44,133 nucleotides of DNA from an uncultured Candidatus Bathyarchaeia archaeon (GCA_964529995.1 CAZGZF010000001.1:1-44133); one strand, 5' to 3'. Positions 26,924 to 36,051 are shown, counted from the stretch's first letter. Made by a program: numbers and translations. Notes: generated by a model not told the origin, from the letters alone.

Positions 26924-28726
26924 TTAATCTTTTGCACCTGAGGGCACGTAGTAGTATTCTCCTGCTTCCTTCTGTATCCGATCGGTTTTGCTCCCGAGTT
27001 TGTTCACGCGGGGTCTGCCCGTTTCCGGATCTCTTCGAAAGGTGGTATCCATCTCTTGGAGGAACTTGTTCATTCCGTCCCTCAGTGATGAAGGTGATGT
27101 CGCCATGCCTTTGGTACCGGGCCTTCCTGAGAAAATCATCAACCTGTCTGCCATGAAATCCTGAATGGCTATGTCATGTTCAACCACGTAGGCAAAAGCC
27201 TCGCTGTCCTCCACAGCTTTCCGTACAGCCCTAGCTACTGACAATCTCTCTTCAACATCCAGATATGCGCTGGGCTCATCGAGGAGGTACAGCTGAGCCT
27301 TCTTCGCCAGACAAGCTGCTACTGCAACCCGTTGCAGCTCTCCGCCACTCAGATCTCTGACGTCCCTTTCCAGAAAAGCTTCTAGGCTCAGGCGGCGAAT
27401 TACTTCTTCTTGAAAATAGTTTGACTCGAATCTTTCTCCCGCGATGCTGAGCAGAAGTGAGTTCACCGGACCTTCATATTCCGCCGAGATGTACTGTGGC
27501 TTGTAGCTGATGGAAAATCCGCTGAGGCTTGGAGCAAGACCTTTGTCAGGCTTCTCCAATCCGGCAAGAAGCTTGATGAAGGTGGTCTTTCCGATCCCGT
27601 TTGGTCCCATTATGCCCACAACTTCGCCTCTCCTGATGTCCCCTGGCTCGACTCGAAGGGAAAATCCGCGAAAGCGCTTCTCCATCGCGTCCCATTCGAT
27701 TTTCCATAAGTGGGCAGGAGGGGCTTCTCTGGGTGGTCTTACATGAAATCTGATCGCTTCGGATCTAAATCTCATGTTCTCGTCCGGTATGAAGCCATCA
27801 AGAAATATGTTCACTCCGACTCGAACGCCGTGGCTGTGAGACACAATTCCGTACACTCCGGCTTCTCCGTACAGAACACAGACTTGATCGGACAAGTAGT
27901 CGAGCATCGCAAGGTCATGTTCTGCCAAGATGACGGTTTTTTCCTCGTCGACGAGCGACCTGATCGTCTTTGCGGCTCTTATTCTCTGGCTGATGTCGAG
28001 GTGGCTTGAAGGCTCATCGAACAGGTACACGTCGGCCTCTCTGGATACAGCTGCAGCTATTGAAACGGCTTGAAGTTCTCCGCCGCTTAGAACGCCTATT
28101 TCTCGGCCCAGAATATTCTGGATCTGAAGTTGACGTGAAACCTTGTCCAGGACTTTCCTGTCATCCGATCTTTCTAGAATTGAGGAGACTTTTCCCTTGA
28201 TTTTCTTCGGTATCGCGTCTACATATTGAGGCTTATGAATGACCTTCAACCGTCCTTGACTGAGACGGCCGAAGTAGTCTTGAAGAATGGAGCCCCGATA
28301 CTGTCTTATGACCTCAGTCCAGTCAGGCGGCGATTCATATCTCCCTAGGTTGGGCTTCAACTCTCCTGCGAGAATCTTAAGCGCCGTAGATTTCCCCGTG
28401 CCGTTACGGCCGATCAGGCCGGTTATGATTCCCCTCTGCGGCGTAGGCAGGCGATATAGTTTGAACATATTGGGTCCGTATCTGTGACTGCATTCACCTT
28501 CAAGCTCCTCGGGAAGGTTGACTACTGTGATGCATCGGAACGGGCATTTCTTCACGCATATTCCGCATCCAGTACAGAGAGATTCAACGATGGTAGGCTT
28601 GTCTTCTCCTTCCTCGAATCGAATGGCCTCTATTCTTGAACGTACAGGTGGACAGAATCGTATGCATGGCTGGTCACATTCTTTAGGTTTGCATCTGTCT
28701 CTATCTATGACTGCAATGCGAACCAT
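26924..28726 (-). CDS. abce1: ABCE1 / RNase L inhibitor-type ribosome recycling ATPase
   Basis: N-terminal 2x[4Fe-4S] region (CKPKECDQPCIRFCP, CTGCGICVKKCP) followed by two ABC cassettes (GRNGTGKST, GPNGIGKTT, LSGGELQ twice). 600 aa. Confidence 0.95.
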   Translation of the reverse strand: MVRIAVIDRDRCKPKECDQPCIRFCPPVRSRIEAIRFEEGEDKPTIVESLCTGCGICVKKCPFRCITVVNLPEELEGECSHRYGPNMFKLYRLPTPQRGIITGLIGRNGTGKSTALKILAGELKPNLGRYESPPDWTEVIRQYRGSILQDYFGRLSQGRLKVIHKPQYVDAIPKKIKGKVSSILERSDDRKVLDKVSRQLQIQNILGREIGVLSGGELQAVSIAAAVSREADVYLFDEPSSHLDISQRIRAAKTIRSLVDEEKTVILAEHDLAMLDYLSDQVCVLYGEAGVYGIVSHSHGVRVGVNIFLDGFIPDENMRFRSEAIRFHVRPPREAPPAHLWKIEWDAMEKRFRGFSLRVEPGDIRRGEVVGIMGPNGIGKTTFIKLLAGLEKPDKGLAPSLSGFSISYKPQYISAEYEGPVNSLLLSIAGERFESNYFQEEVIRRLSLEAFLERDVRDLSGGELQRVAVAACLAKKAQLYLLDEPSAYLDVEERLSVARAVRKAVEDSEAFAYVVEHDIAIQDFMADRLMIFSGRPGTKGMATSPSSLRDGMNKFLQEMDTTFRRDPETGRPRVNKLGSKTDRIQKEAGEYYYVPSGAKD

Positions 28727-28806
28727 TACTAGTCACTTGCATCAACAAAAAATTGGAACGGTTCTCCAGTCAGGCCCGCCAGAAAGAAAGAGATGGGAGG
28801 CGACTA

Positions 28807-28851
28807 CCACTCTTCCTCCTCAAGTCCTTCCTCTTCGCCCCACTCTTCCTC
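28807..28851. repeat. Two copies of CCACTCTTCCTC, 33 nt apart, inside a ~75-nt polypyrimidine (plus-strand) tract
   Basis: Direct reading: 28807-28818 and 28840-28851. The minus strand reads GAG GAA GAG TGG (EEEW) twice within an acidic mini-ORF. Confidence 0.6.
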
Positions 28852-28927
28852 TTCTTCAGCTGGTTCTTCTTCCAATATTTTGCCCTCCCAAAATCTGGAG
28901 CTGAGTCTTGCCTATGGTACGGTTCTT

Positions 28928-29137
28928 TTAAGGCTTTTGGAGAAGATGAAGAGAGATCAGATCGGACTGTTCGGCTGCAGCTTCTTCTGCGGCCTCAACT
29001 GCGTCTAACGAGGAGCCATTTAATTTCAAGATCTCGAATCTGGCCTTCGCCGCCGCTGTAGCACCTTGAAGGCCGGGCTTGATTCGATCCTCGGTCCGAG
29101 CGCCGGCACCGCCGTGGATGAGCGTGGAAGCGGGCAT
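28928..29137 (-). pseudogene. Truncated remnant of an Ntn-type isoaspartyl peptidase / L-asparaginase (first ~55 aa only)
   Basis: MPASTLIHGGAGA...LKLNGSSLDAVEAA parallels the N-terminus of plant-type asparaginases (..IHGGAG...G.SALDAVE.A..). The ORF stops after 69 aa, and no continuation (nucleophile Thr, GxG regions) is found in any frame. Confidence 0.5.
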
Positions 29138-29281
29138 TCAACGATCTTTTCTGGAATCTGCGTCTCATGACGGTCAGCGTTCACGCAATGACTTCGGCGC
29201 AGACATTCCGGCTTGAAAACTAGGGCAGCAAGGACTCATGAATCATTGTGGCATCAGTCTCTCAGCGTCAGGTTTATTGAC

Positions 29282-29293
29282 AAAGCATATGTT
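29282..29293 (+). promoter_or_regulatory. Candidate BRE/TATA (AAAGCATATGTT) for the ABC transporter / t6A gene string
   Basis: Lies about 45 nt upstream of the TTG start at 29334, with the same AAAG-N-(T)TAT pattern as other upstream regions. Confidence 0.35.
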
Positions 29294-29333
29294 GTTACGT
29301 TGGGTCTGCCTGCTTTAGAGAGCGTGGGCTCGT

Positions 29334-30311
29334 TTGTCGAAAAAGTCCATTTTGGCTATCATCGCGGTCGCCATCATAGCCGTCACTGGTATCAGCTACT
29401 ATCAGTACGTGGCCTCTAGGCCTCCGTCTGTGAGGTTGGGGTATCTTCTCGGCGACATTCATCAGCTTGCAGTGCCTGTGGCGGTGGAGAACCGCTATTT
29501 TACGCAAGATGGCCTCAACGTATCCCTTGTCGGTCCCTTCACCGCCGGTCCGGCTCTGATGAACGCTTTTGCCGCAGGAGAGCTTGATGTAGGATATGTG
29601 GGCACGCCTCCCGCCCTGACTCATTCAGCGAAGGGTGTAGACATCCAGATACTTGCCTCCGTGAACACCGAAGGGTCAGCGCTGATAGTCCGTGAGGGCA
29701 TACATGGGATTCAGGATCTGAGAGGCAGGAACGTAGCCATACCAATGGTCGGCTCGATTCAGGACGTATTATTGAGGATGATTCTGTTGCGACAAGGAAT
29801 GACGTACAAGGACTTGAACGTGATTGAGGTCCGCTGCCCTGACATGCCAGCACAACTTGAGATAGGAAACCTTGATGGCTATATTGCGTGGGAGCCGTAC
29901 TGCGCACAAGCGATCGTAGCTGGAACAGGGAAAATACTCCTATCTTCAAGCGACATTTGGCCAGGACACCCATGCTGCGTCCTTGTTGCAAGCAGAAGCT
30001 TCATAAAAAGCCAGCCAGACGCCGTGGAAAAAATCGTCAGGGCACACGTGAAGGCAACAAGGTTCATTCGAGAACATCCTAGTGAAGCAATGGCGATAGC
30101 CGCCAAATTCACGAAATTGAGCCTTCAGGTCGTTGAGGAATCGTGGCGTCGAGTTCCTTTTGACTACGAGCCAAAGATAAAGGAAACGAAGGAGTTCGTT
30201 CAGAAGCTGATTGAACTTGAGATAATCAAGACATCTGATGTTCCCAACATAGATAGATACATCGAAGGCTTGTTCAACACGGATTACCTGAAGAGAGTGA
30301 TCGGATCCTAA
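29334..30311 (+). CDS. ABC transporter substrate-binding protein, NitT/TauT family (NMT1/THI5/SsuA-like), N-terminally membrane anchored
   Basis: N-terminal TM ILAIIAVAIIAVTGI, then LRLGYL..HQLAVPVA...AFAAGELDVGYVGTPPA, typical of NMT1/SsuA-type binding proteins. TTG start. Confidence 0.8.
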   Translation: MSKKSILAIIAVAIIAVTGISYYQYVASRPPSVRLGYLLGDIHQLAVPVAVENRYFTQDGLNVSLVGPFTAGPALMNAFAAGELDVGYVGTPPALTHSAKGVDIQILASVNTEGSALIVREGIHGIQDLRGRNVAIPMVGSIQDVLLRMILLRQGMTYKDLNVIEVRCPDMPAQLEIGNLDGYIAWEPYCAQAIVAGTGKILLSSSDIWPGHPCCVLVASRSFIKSQPDAVEKIVRAHVKATRFIREHPSEAMAIAAKFTKLSLQVVEESWRRVPFDYEPKIKETKEFVQKLIELEIIKTSDVPNIDRYIEGLFNTDYLKRVIGS

Positions 30312-30331
30312 TTGCTGTCAGGTGGAGTCAC

Positions 30332-31084
30332 ATGAAGGCTGTCAGCCACCAGCATTTGCGAATCCTCTCAGTCGTCCTGGCGGTTCTTGTTTGGCAGATC
30401 ATCGGGTGGTCGGGGGTTTTTCCGAGACATCTTTTGCCCTGGCCAACCTCCGTCCTGATCTCACTGATCAGTCTCTCGGCCTCAGGAGAACTCGCCTTGC
30501 ACGTCCTGATCAGCCTCACGAGAGTTGCAGCAGGCTTCATCATTGCTGCAGGAATAGGGATTCCCCTAGGAATCGCGATTGGTTGGTCGAAGATTGCTGA
30601 GAGCCTTGCGGAACCAGTTTTGGAAATAGTTCGACCTATACCTCCAATCGCATGGATTCCCATTGCGATGTTGTGGTTCGGGCTTGGATTCAAGCCAGCT
30701 GTATTTCTGATATTCATCGGAGCCTTCTTTCCAATCCTACTCAATACAGTAGCAGGGGTAAGGGGAACCTCGAAGGTTCTGGTGGAGGCTGTGCGAACCC
30801 TTGGAGCCAGCGACCGAGACACCCTTGTGAAAGTTGTTACTCCGTCATCTGTCCCATCCATTGTTGCGGGCCTGCGAATCGGCGTCGGGGTTGGATGGAT
30901 GTGTCTCGTTGCGGCCGAGATGACTGGTGCCGGATCAGGATTGGGATACATGGTCATCTACTATTCCGGCATACTTGAAACCAGCAATGTCATGGTCGGC
31001 ATGCTAGTGATCGGCGCCATTGGATATGCTATGAGTTATGCCATAGAAAAAGTGGAGGATCACCTACTTCGTTGGCGGGAATGA
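30332..31084 (+). CDS. ABC transporter permease, NitT/TauT family
   Basis: About six TM helices. BPD_transp_1 EAA-like loop EAVRTLGASDRDTLVKVVTPSSVPSIVAGLR. Confidence 0.88.
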   Translation: MKAVSHQHLRILSVVLAVLVWQIIGWSGVFPRHLLPWPTSVLISLISLSASGELALHVLISLTRVAAGFIIAAGIGIPLGIAIGWSKIAESLAEPVLEIVRPIPPIAWIPIAMLWFGLGFKPAVFLIFIGAFFPILLNTVAGVRGTSKVLVEAVRTLGASDRDTLVKVVTPSSVPSIVAGLRIGVGVGWMCLVAAEMTGAGSGLGYMVIYYSGILETSNVMVGMLVIGAIGYAMSYAIEKVEDHLLRWRE

Positions 31085-31866
31085 GCATGGCGGTGATTGA
31101 GCTCCGAGAAATATCGAAAGTATTCTCAGCTACGTCCAGGAACGAGAAGGATGTTGAGGCGCTCAGACGAGTCAGCTTCGTGGTCAAAGACGGTGAGTTC
31201 GTATGCCTAGTCGGGCCTAGCGGATGTGGCAAGACAACCATCCTAAGGATAATCGCTGGGCTGGAAGAGCCGACCAGCGGCTCCGTCCTACTTGATGGAA
31301 CAAGGGTCGCCGGACCAGGGCCGGATCGTGGGATGGTATTTCAAGAGTACGCGTTACTGCCTTGGAGAACTGTGATTGGCAATGTTCAGTTGGGGCCCGA
31401 GATCCATGGCGTCGATAACGAAACGCGTCGAAAGGTCGCGGATTACCTTGTAGGTCTTGTGGGGCTTCATGGATTCGAAAACAAGTATCCTCGAGAACTT
31501 TCGGGGGGGATGAAGCAGCGAGTCGCCATCGCAAGAAGCCTGGCAAACGATCCGAAGGTACTGCTCATGGATGAGCCCTTTGGCTCACTGGACGCTCAAA
31601 CAAGGACGATGATGCAGGACGAGGTTCTGGGGATCTGGGGGAAGACCAAGAAAACAGTGATATTCGTCACTCATAGCGTGGAGGAAGCTGTGTACCTGGC
31701 GGACCGGATAGTTCTTCTAACGGCAAGGCCTGCGTCCGTCAAGGAGAGTTATGAGATGAGAACGCCCCGACCAAGGAATAGGCTTCACCATGAATTCGTC
31801 GAGATGAGAAGCAAGATCCTGACAGCACTCAGCGAAGAAGTCGAGAGGGAGAACTGGAGAGCATAG
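31081..31866 (+). CDS. ABC transporter ATP-binding protein, NitT/TauT family
   Basis: Walker A GPSGCGKTT, signature LSGGMKQRVAIAR and Walker B LLMDEPFGSLD. ATG 31081 overlaps the permease stop (ATGA). The ORF is also open to a TTG at 31072. Confidence 0.92.
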   Translation: MSMAVIELREISKVFSATSRNEKDVEALRRVSFVVKDGEFVCLVGPSGCGKTTILRIIAGLEEPTSGSVLLDGTRVAGPGPDRGMVFQEYALLPWRTVIGNVQLGPEIHGVDNETRRKVADYLVGLVGLHGFENKYPRELSGGMKQRVAIARSLANDPKVLLMDEPFGSLDAQTRTMMQDEVLGIWGKTKKTVIFVTHSVEEAVYLADRIVLLTARPASVKESYEMRTPRPRNRLHHEFVEMRSKILTALSEEVERENWRA

Positions 31867-31872
31867 CTAGGC

Positions 31873-32568
31873 ATGGCAGACCGTCAAAGCCAACAATGCA
31901 AGAAACATCTCAAGGCAGCTGAACGAGCAACTGTAAGAAGAATTGACCCTCTCAGGCCCAGTCGCTCAGCGATCAAGGAGGCAGTGGAGGTCTTAGATGC
32001 CAACGGCCTGGTTATGTATCCAACAGAAAGTAGCTATGCGCTTGGCGCAAACGCCTTGGAGGAGGCTGCCGTCAAGAAGATCTTTGAAGCAAAAGGAAGA
32101 CCAGCAGACAAGCCTATTCCTGTGATCGTTTCAGGACTTCGGATGTGGAAGAAATATGCATACTTCAACAAGTCCGCGGAGATATTGGTTAGGAGGTTCA
32201 TGCCAGGCCCACTGACTTTAGCTCTGAGGAAAAAGCCCGCTGCGCCTGACGTTTTGACGCCTATTGCCGTAGCGGCGCGGATACCAAGAAATCCCGTGGC
32301 CCTAGCCCTGGTCAGAGAAGCGAAGTATCCGATCACATCCACAAGCGCGAACATGTCGGGAAGGGCACCGATTTACTCTCCGAAGAGAACACCAAAAGCT
32401 CTGAGAACAGCAATCGATCTCGTACTGGATGCGGGTACGTTGAGAAGAAGAAAACCATCAACAATCGTTGACCTCACTAAGGCGGACCGGCCGATCATAA
32501 CGAGAGAAGGAGCCATACGAGCCTCAACCGTACTCAAGGCGCTAGCACGGAGGGCAGGGACGAAGTGA
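31873..32568 (+). CDS. tsaC: L-threonylcarbamoyladenylate synthase, short YrdC-domain-only form (TsaC/Sua5 family)
   Basis: Motifs YPTESSYALGANA, KGRPADKPIPV and ITSTSANMSG. 231 aa, with no C-terminal SUA5 domain. Starts 6 nt after the ABC ATPase stop. Confidence 0.88.
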   Translation: MADRQSQQCKKHLKAAERATVRRIDPLRPSRSAIKEAVEVLDANGLVMYPTESSYALGANALEEAAVKKIFEAKGRPADKPIPVIVSGLRMWKKYAYFNKSAEILVRRFMPGPLTLALRKKPAAPDVLTPIAVAARIPRNPVALALVREAKYPITSTSANMSGRAPIYSPKRTPKALRTAIDLVLDAGTLRRRKPSTIVDLTKADRPIITREGAIRASTVLKALARRAGTK

Positions 32569-33578
32569 GAAAGGAGGGCCTTCTATGTCTGGGTGTAGAG
32601 GGTACGGCCCACACTCTAGGAATGGGGCTCGTTGATTCTGAGGGAAAGATACTTGCCAACGTTGGACATTCGTACATACCTCCGTCAGGGATGGGCATTC
32701 ACCCACGCGAAGCATCGCAGCATCATTCAGATGTTTCTGGAAAAGCTCTCCGTGAAACATTACGTGCAGGTGGAGTAGACGCTTCAGACATTGATCTCAT
32801 AGCCTTTTCCATGGGTCCCGGCATGGGGCCATGTCTCAGAACTGCTGCCACCATTGCTAGGGCACTCTCAAGCTTCCTCGCGATACCGCTCGTTGGAGTG
32901 AACCACATTCTTGCGCACATAGAAATAGCACGACACATCACGGGCGCATCAGATCCAGTTGTTCTGAACGTCAGCGGAGGAACGACGCAGATCGTGGTTT
33001 TCGAGAAGGGCAGGTACCGTGTTTTCGGCGAAACTCTAGACATCGCGATTGGAAACGCCTTCGACGTATTCGCAAGAGAATCAGGAATCTATGACCCCTC
33101 CAATCCGTGGCCTGGCCCCAAATTCGTCGAAACAGCCGCAAGAGGCACCAAGTACATTGAGCTTCCATACCTAGTCAAAGGAATGGACCTGGCATTCTCA
33201 GGACTCGTCACTCAGGCTCTTCGACTCCTCAAGGAAGGGGAAAGGCTTGAGGACTTGTGTTACAGTCTTCAGGAAACCGCGCTTGCAATGTTAACGGAGG
33301 TTACTGAGAGAGCTATGGCTCATACAGAGAAGAGAGTCCTTCTATTGACAGGGGGCTCTGCCCGAAACAGGCGGCTCCAAGAAATGTTGGAGATCATGAC
33401 GCGCGAGCGAAATGCGGAGGTACACGTCGTCCCACCGGAGTTGGCAACTGACAATGGTGCGATGATAGCTTGGACCGGTATCCTCGCACATAAGGCAGGT
33501 ATCACCACTCCGATCGAGAGGAGCTACGTCAAGCCTAGGTGGCGAATAGAGGAAGTCAGGGTTCCCTGGATCAAGTAG
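32565..33578 (+). CDS. kae1: tRNA N6-adenosine threonylcarbamoyltransferase Kae1 (KEOPS catalytic subunit)
   Basis: Motifs CLGVEGTAHTLGMGLV, VNHILAHIE and ATDNGAMIAW. The GTG start overlaps the tsaC stop (GTGA). No fused or adjacent Bud32. Confidence 0.93.
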   Translation: MRKEGLLCLGVEGTAHTLGMGLVDSEGKILANVGHSYIPPSGMGIHPREASQHHSDVSGKALRETLRAGGVDASDIDLIAFSMGPGMGPCLRTAATIARALSSFLAIPLVGVNHILAHIEIARHITGASDPVVLNVSGGTTQIVVFEKGRYRVFGETLDIAIGNAFDVFARESGIYDPSNPWPGPKFVETAARGTKYIELPYLVKGMDLAFSGLVTQALRLLKEGERLEDLCYSLQETALAMLTEVTERAMAHTEKRVLLLTGGSARNRRLQEMLEIMTRERNAEVHVVPPELATDNGAMIAWTGILAHKAGITTPIERSYVKPRWRIEEVRVPWIK

Positions 33579-34584
33579 GCAGGTCAGTACTGAAAGAAAG
33601 CTTGTCAGGACCCGAGGGAGGAACGAAGGGATCAAGAGATTTCGCCCGGCCCAAAAGCTCTAGAAGGCGCCAGCAGCTCCACCCATACAGATACGCCAAA
33701 GCATTGAGGAACCTCAGAACAGGAATAATCGCGCAGTGTTTAGCGTCGCCAGTCCTCTTGTAGATTGTCACGGTTCCGGGTGTGAAGCGCATGAGATTGT
33801 ATACGACAAGCGCTGGGAATGCTAAAGCCAGTCGAGTGTCTAATAGAATCAACAAGGGTGAGAGAAGCATCGCTACCATCCAGATGAAGCAGACCTTGAT
33901 CTTCTTGGTGAATGTTTCAGGATGCCTCTCAGTAAGCTGACAGAAGCCTTTCCCCCACTTCAGGCGTTGAGAGAAGAAGTCTGCAACGCTGTCAGGGTTC
34001 TTCGTCCTTGCGATGACCTTCCGATTGATCATTGATTTGGAGCCTAGCTTCATCGCCCTAAGGTATAGTTCAGCATCCTCACCAGCTGCCATGCGCTCAT
34101 CGAAGAGACCTGTCTTCTCAAGCGTCCTCCTAGTGTATGCAACATTGGCTCCGAAGGGCCACTTTCTCTCCACTTCATTCTGCATGAGTTCCACGGTTTT
34201 GGCTATCAGGTTTGATGAGTTGATCGCGCGGAGCTCTCCTCCAACACAGTCAAAGGCTTCATCGAAACATCTGGCAAGCTCCGCCAGAGACCCATGCTCC
34301 AAGATACAGTCGCCATCAATGAACAAGAGAACGTCTCCCTTCGATGCTGCAAACCCCTTGTTCTTCGTTGCCGATATGCCCCTGTGCTCACCTCTGAGAA
34401 TCCTCAACGAAGACCGAGCCTCCAGAGCCTCGAGGATCCTCAGGGACCCGTCGGTTGAGCCATCGTCAACGACGATTGCCTCGAATTCGTCTAGGTCCTG
34501 CCGGAGAATGGATTCTACACAGTCGCCAATTGTGTCGACCTTGTTGTAGCAGGAGACTATGACCGAGACCTTGGGTTGAGGCAT
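33571..34584 (-). CDS. Family 2 glycosyltransferase with C-terminal transmembrane helices
   Basis: GT-A signature VSVIVSCYNK...VVDDGSTDGS...DGDCIL, with 2-3 C-terminal TM helices. The ORF is open to 34788, but the GT2 fold begins at ATG 34584 (MPQPKVSVIV). Confidence 0.85.
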   Translation of the reverse strand: MPQPKVSVIVSCYNKVDTIGDCVESILRQDLDEFEAIVVDDGSTDGSLRILEALEARSSLRILRGEHRGISATKNKGFAASKGDVLLFIDGDCILEHGSLAELARCFDEAFDCVGGELRAINSSNLIAKTVELMQNEVERKWPFGANVAYTRRTLEKTGLFDERMAAGEDAELYLRAMKLGSKSMINRKVIARTKNPDSVADFFSQRLKWGKGFCQLTERHPETFTKKIKVCFIWMVAMLLSPLLILLDTRLALAFPALVVYNLMRFTPGTVTIYKRTGDAKHCAIIPVLRFLNALAYLYGWSCWRLLELLGRAKSLDPFVPPSGPDKLSFSTDLPT

Positions 34585-34604
34585 CTTCAGCCAAATCGAG
34601 TATG

Positions 34605-34620
34605 ACAACGCTTTAATGAT
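34605..34620. promoter_or_regulatory. Candidate shared divergent promoter core (plus TTTAATGAT; minus TCATTAAAGCGTTGT)
   Basis: AT-rich element about 25-30 nt from both ATG 34584 (minus) and ATG 34641 (plus). This spacing is compatible with leaderless transcripts in both directions. Confidence 0.35.
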
Positions 34621-34640
34621 TTCCCTGAACCTATCGTGGA

Positions 34641-35246
34641 ATGGTGCGCCGGTTGCCGAATCACGCAGGGGCTTGGATACTAATCTCTCTAGCAGCTCTA
34701 GGGATCGTGTCAATGTCCTCCGTATGTCAGCAGGCTCTGCCGGACCTTGCCATCTCAAAGGTGTGGATCGGAGACAAGAACAACACACCTATCGTACCGA
34801 AGGCTGGCGAGCCCTTCTATGTGTGCGCCACGGTCAAGAACATAGGAGGCGCTCTTGCCGAAGGGTATTACGTCCAGCCCTACTTTGGAGGCGGCCCATT
34901 GGCTATGGGAGGACCTGGAAGGCTTGAGCCGGCGGGGGCTCAGGATTGGTCTTCTGGTCCTGTCACTGTCGGAGCGGGAATCTACGAGGTACGATGGGCG
35001 ATAAACCCTGATCGGAGAATCCCAGAGGCGAACTACGGGAATAACGAGATCTCGATAATAGTTGTGATTGAGGCCGGGTCTGCCCTTGACACGCTACTGG
35101 CCCCTGTCGGAGGGCCAGTCGGCCTCGCAGTGATTGTCCTAGGCATTCTCTCGGTCGGAATGGTCTTGCGGAAGTACGTGGAACGTAGAAGGAGAACTCA
35201 GGCTCTGCCAGTCAAGGAATCGAGGAAGAGCAAGAAAAGCTCCTAG
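34641..35246 (+). CDS. Secreted CARDB-domain protein with C-terminal TM anchor
   Basis: Signal peptide. PDLAISKVWIGD...PKAGEPFYVCATVKNIGGA is CARDB-like. C-terminal VGLAVIVLGILSVGMVL plus a basic tail. Confidence 0.7.
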   Translation: MVRRLPNHAGAWILISLAALGIVSMSSVCQQALPDLAISKVWIGDKNNTPIVPKAGEPFYVCATVKNIGGALAEGYYVQPYFGGGPLAMGGPGRLEPAGAQDWSSGPVTVGAGIYEVRWAINPDRRIPEANYGNNEISIIVVIEAGSALDTLLAPVGGPVGLAVIVLGILSVGMVLRKYVERRRRTQALPVKESRKSKKSS

Positions 35247-35743
35247 GCTAACGCCTTCATGGCCTCCCAAGCGTCATCACCCACAAAGTGCAAGTTGGAT
35301 ATTGCCCTCCCCTTCCCCATTGCAGTGATTGAAGTCGAATCCTCCAAAGCCTCACCAACGGCCAGAGGCTTTCCATGGGTCTCATCAACGATGACGACTA
35401 GGGCTCCCTTCTTGAACTCTCGGTCGACGCTACTGATTCCTCTGACCATGACATCTGCACCGTTGCAGATGTGCGTGACTGCTCCCATGTCAATCACTAT
35501 CTTCGGCAGCCTTTGGATTGCGGCATCGAATTTGAGTGTCGGCAGAACTTGTCCGCGTCGCCTCAGGAGGCAGGCCTTGCCGTCTATCAGTATCAGTTCT
35601 CCGTCTCGGAGTTGAACCGCTTCAACACGAGGCTTCGAGGGGAACAAATCCTCCCCCAGTTGGAGCCTTGACACGAAATCTGCCAGTATGAGCTTCGCAT
35701 CTTTATCCCGGAGGGAAGTTCTAGCTCGCATGGTTCCATTCAA
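35243..35743 (-). CDS. PUA-domain RNA-binding protein (pre-PUA + PUA, Tma20/MCT-1-like)
   Basis: The C-terminal part ICNGADVMVRGI...GALVVIVDETHGKPLAVGEAL...GRAISNLHFVGD is a PUA signature. Start is TTG 35743 or ATG 35731. Confidence 0.8.
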   Translation of the reverse strand: MNGTMRARTSLRDKDAKLILADFVSRLQLGEDLFPSKPRVEAVQLRDGELILIDGKACLLRRRGQVLPTLKFDAAIQRLPKIVIDMGAVTHICNGADVMVRGISSVDREFKKGALVVIVDETHGKPLAVGEALEDSTSITAMGKGRAISNLHFVGDDAWEAMKALA

Positions 35744-35802
35744 CTTGGGGCAACCCTTAAATTGGGTGTCTTGTGCCCTTAACGTTGATTGATTCGCCTT
35801 CG

Positions 35803-36051
35803 ATGGTCTATATGTCAGATACAGCCACCAAGATATTCGAACAGAGCCTGAACCAAGTAGTACTCGTAGAGCTCAAGGGAGGACGAGGTGTCCGAGGGAA
35901 ACTATTCAGTTTCGACCAGCACATGAATCTGGTTCTCGAGGATGCCGAGGAGATTTCCAGCACCGAAGGAAGGAAGCTCGGAACAATAGTCGTACGTGGA
36001 GACAACGTGGTCCTGGTCAGCCCACCGCCCAAGAGACAGGGTTCCACTTAG
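35803..36051 (+). CDS. Sm-like archaeal protein (SmAP/LSm)
   Basis: Sm1/Sm2 motifs [31 protein letters not shown]...[12 protein letters not shown]. Start is ambiguous (GTG 35773, ATG 35803 or ATG 35812). Confidence 0.9.
   Translation: MVYMSDTATKIFEQSLNQVVLVELKGGRGVRGKLFSFDQHMNLVLEDAEEISSTEGRKLGTIVVRGDNVVLVSPPPKRQGST

Noticed and set aside
29255-29275. CTGAGA-containing segment (minus strand) upstream of an NMT1/THI5-like binding-protein gene, reminiscent of a TPP riboswitch core.
   Set aside because: It is on the wrong strand for the downstream gene. The other conserved THI-element blocks (ACCTGATCTGG..TAATACC..GCG) are absent on either strand.
34585-34788. 68-codon N-terminal extension of the GT2 ORF.
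   Set aside because: The GT-A fold begins exactly at ATG 34584 (MPQPKVSVIVSCYNK). The extension would run through the divergent promoter and the start of the CARDB gene.
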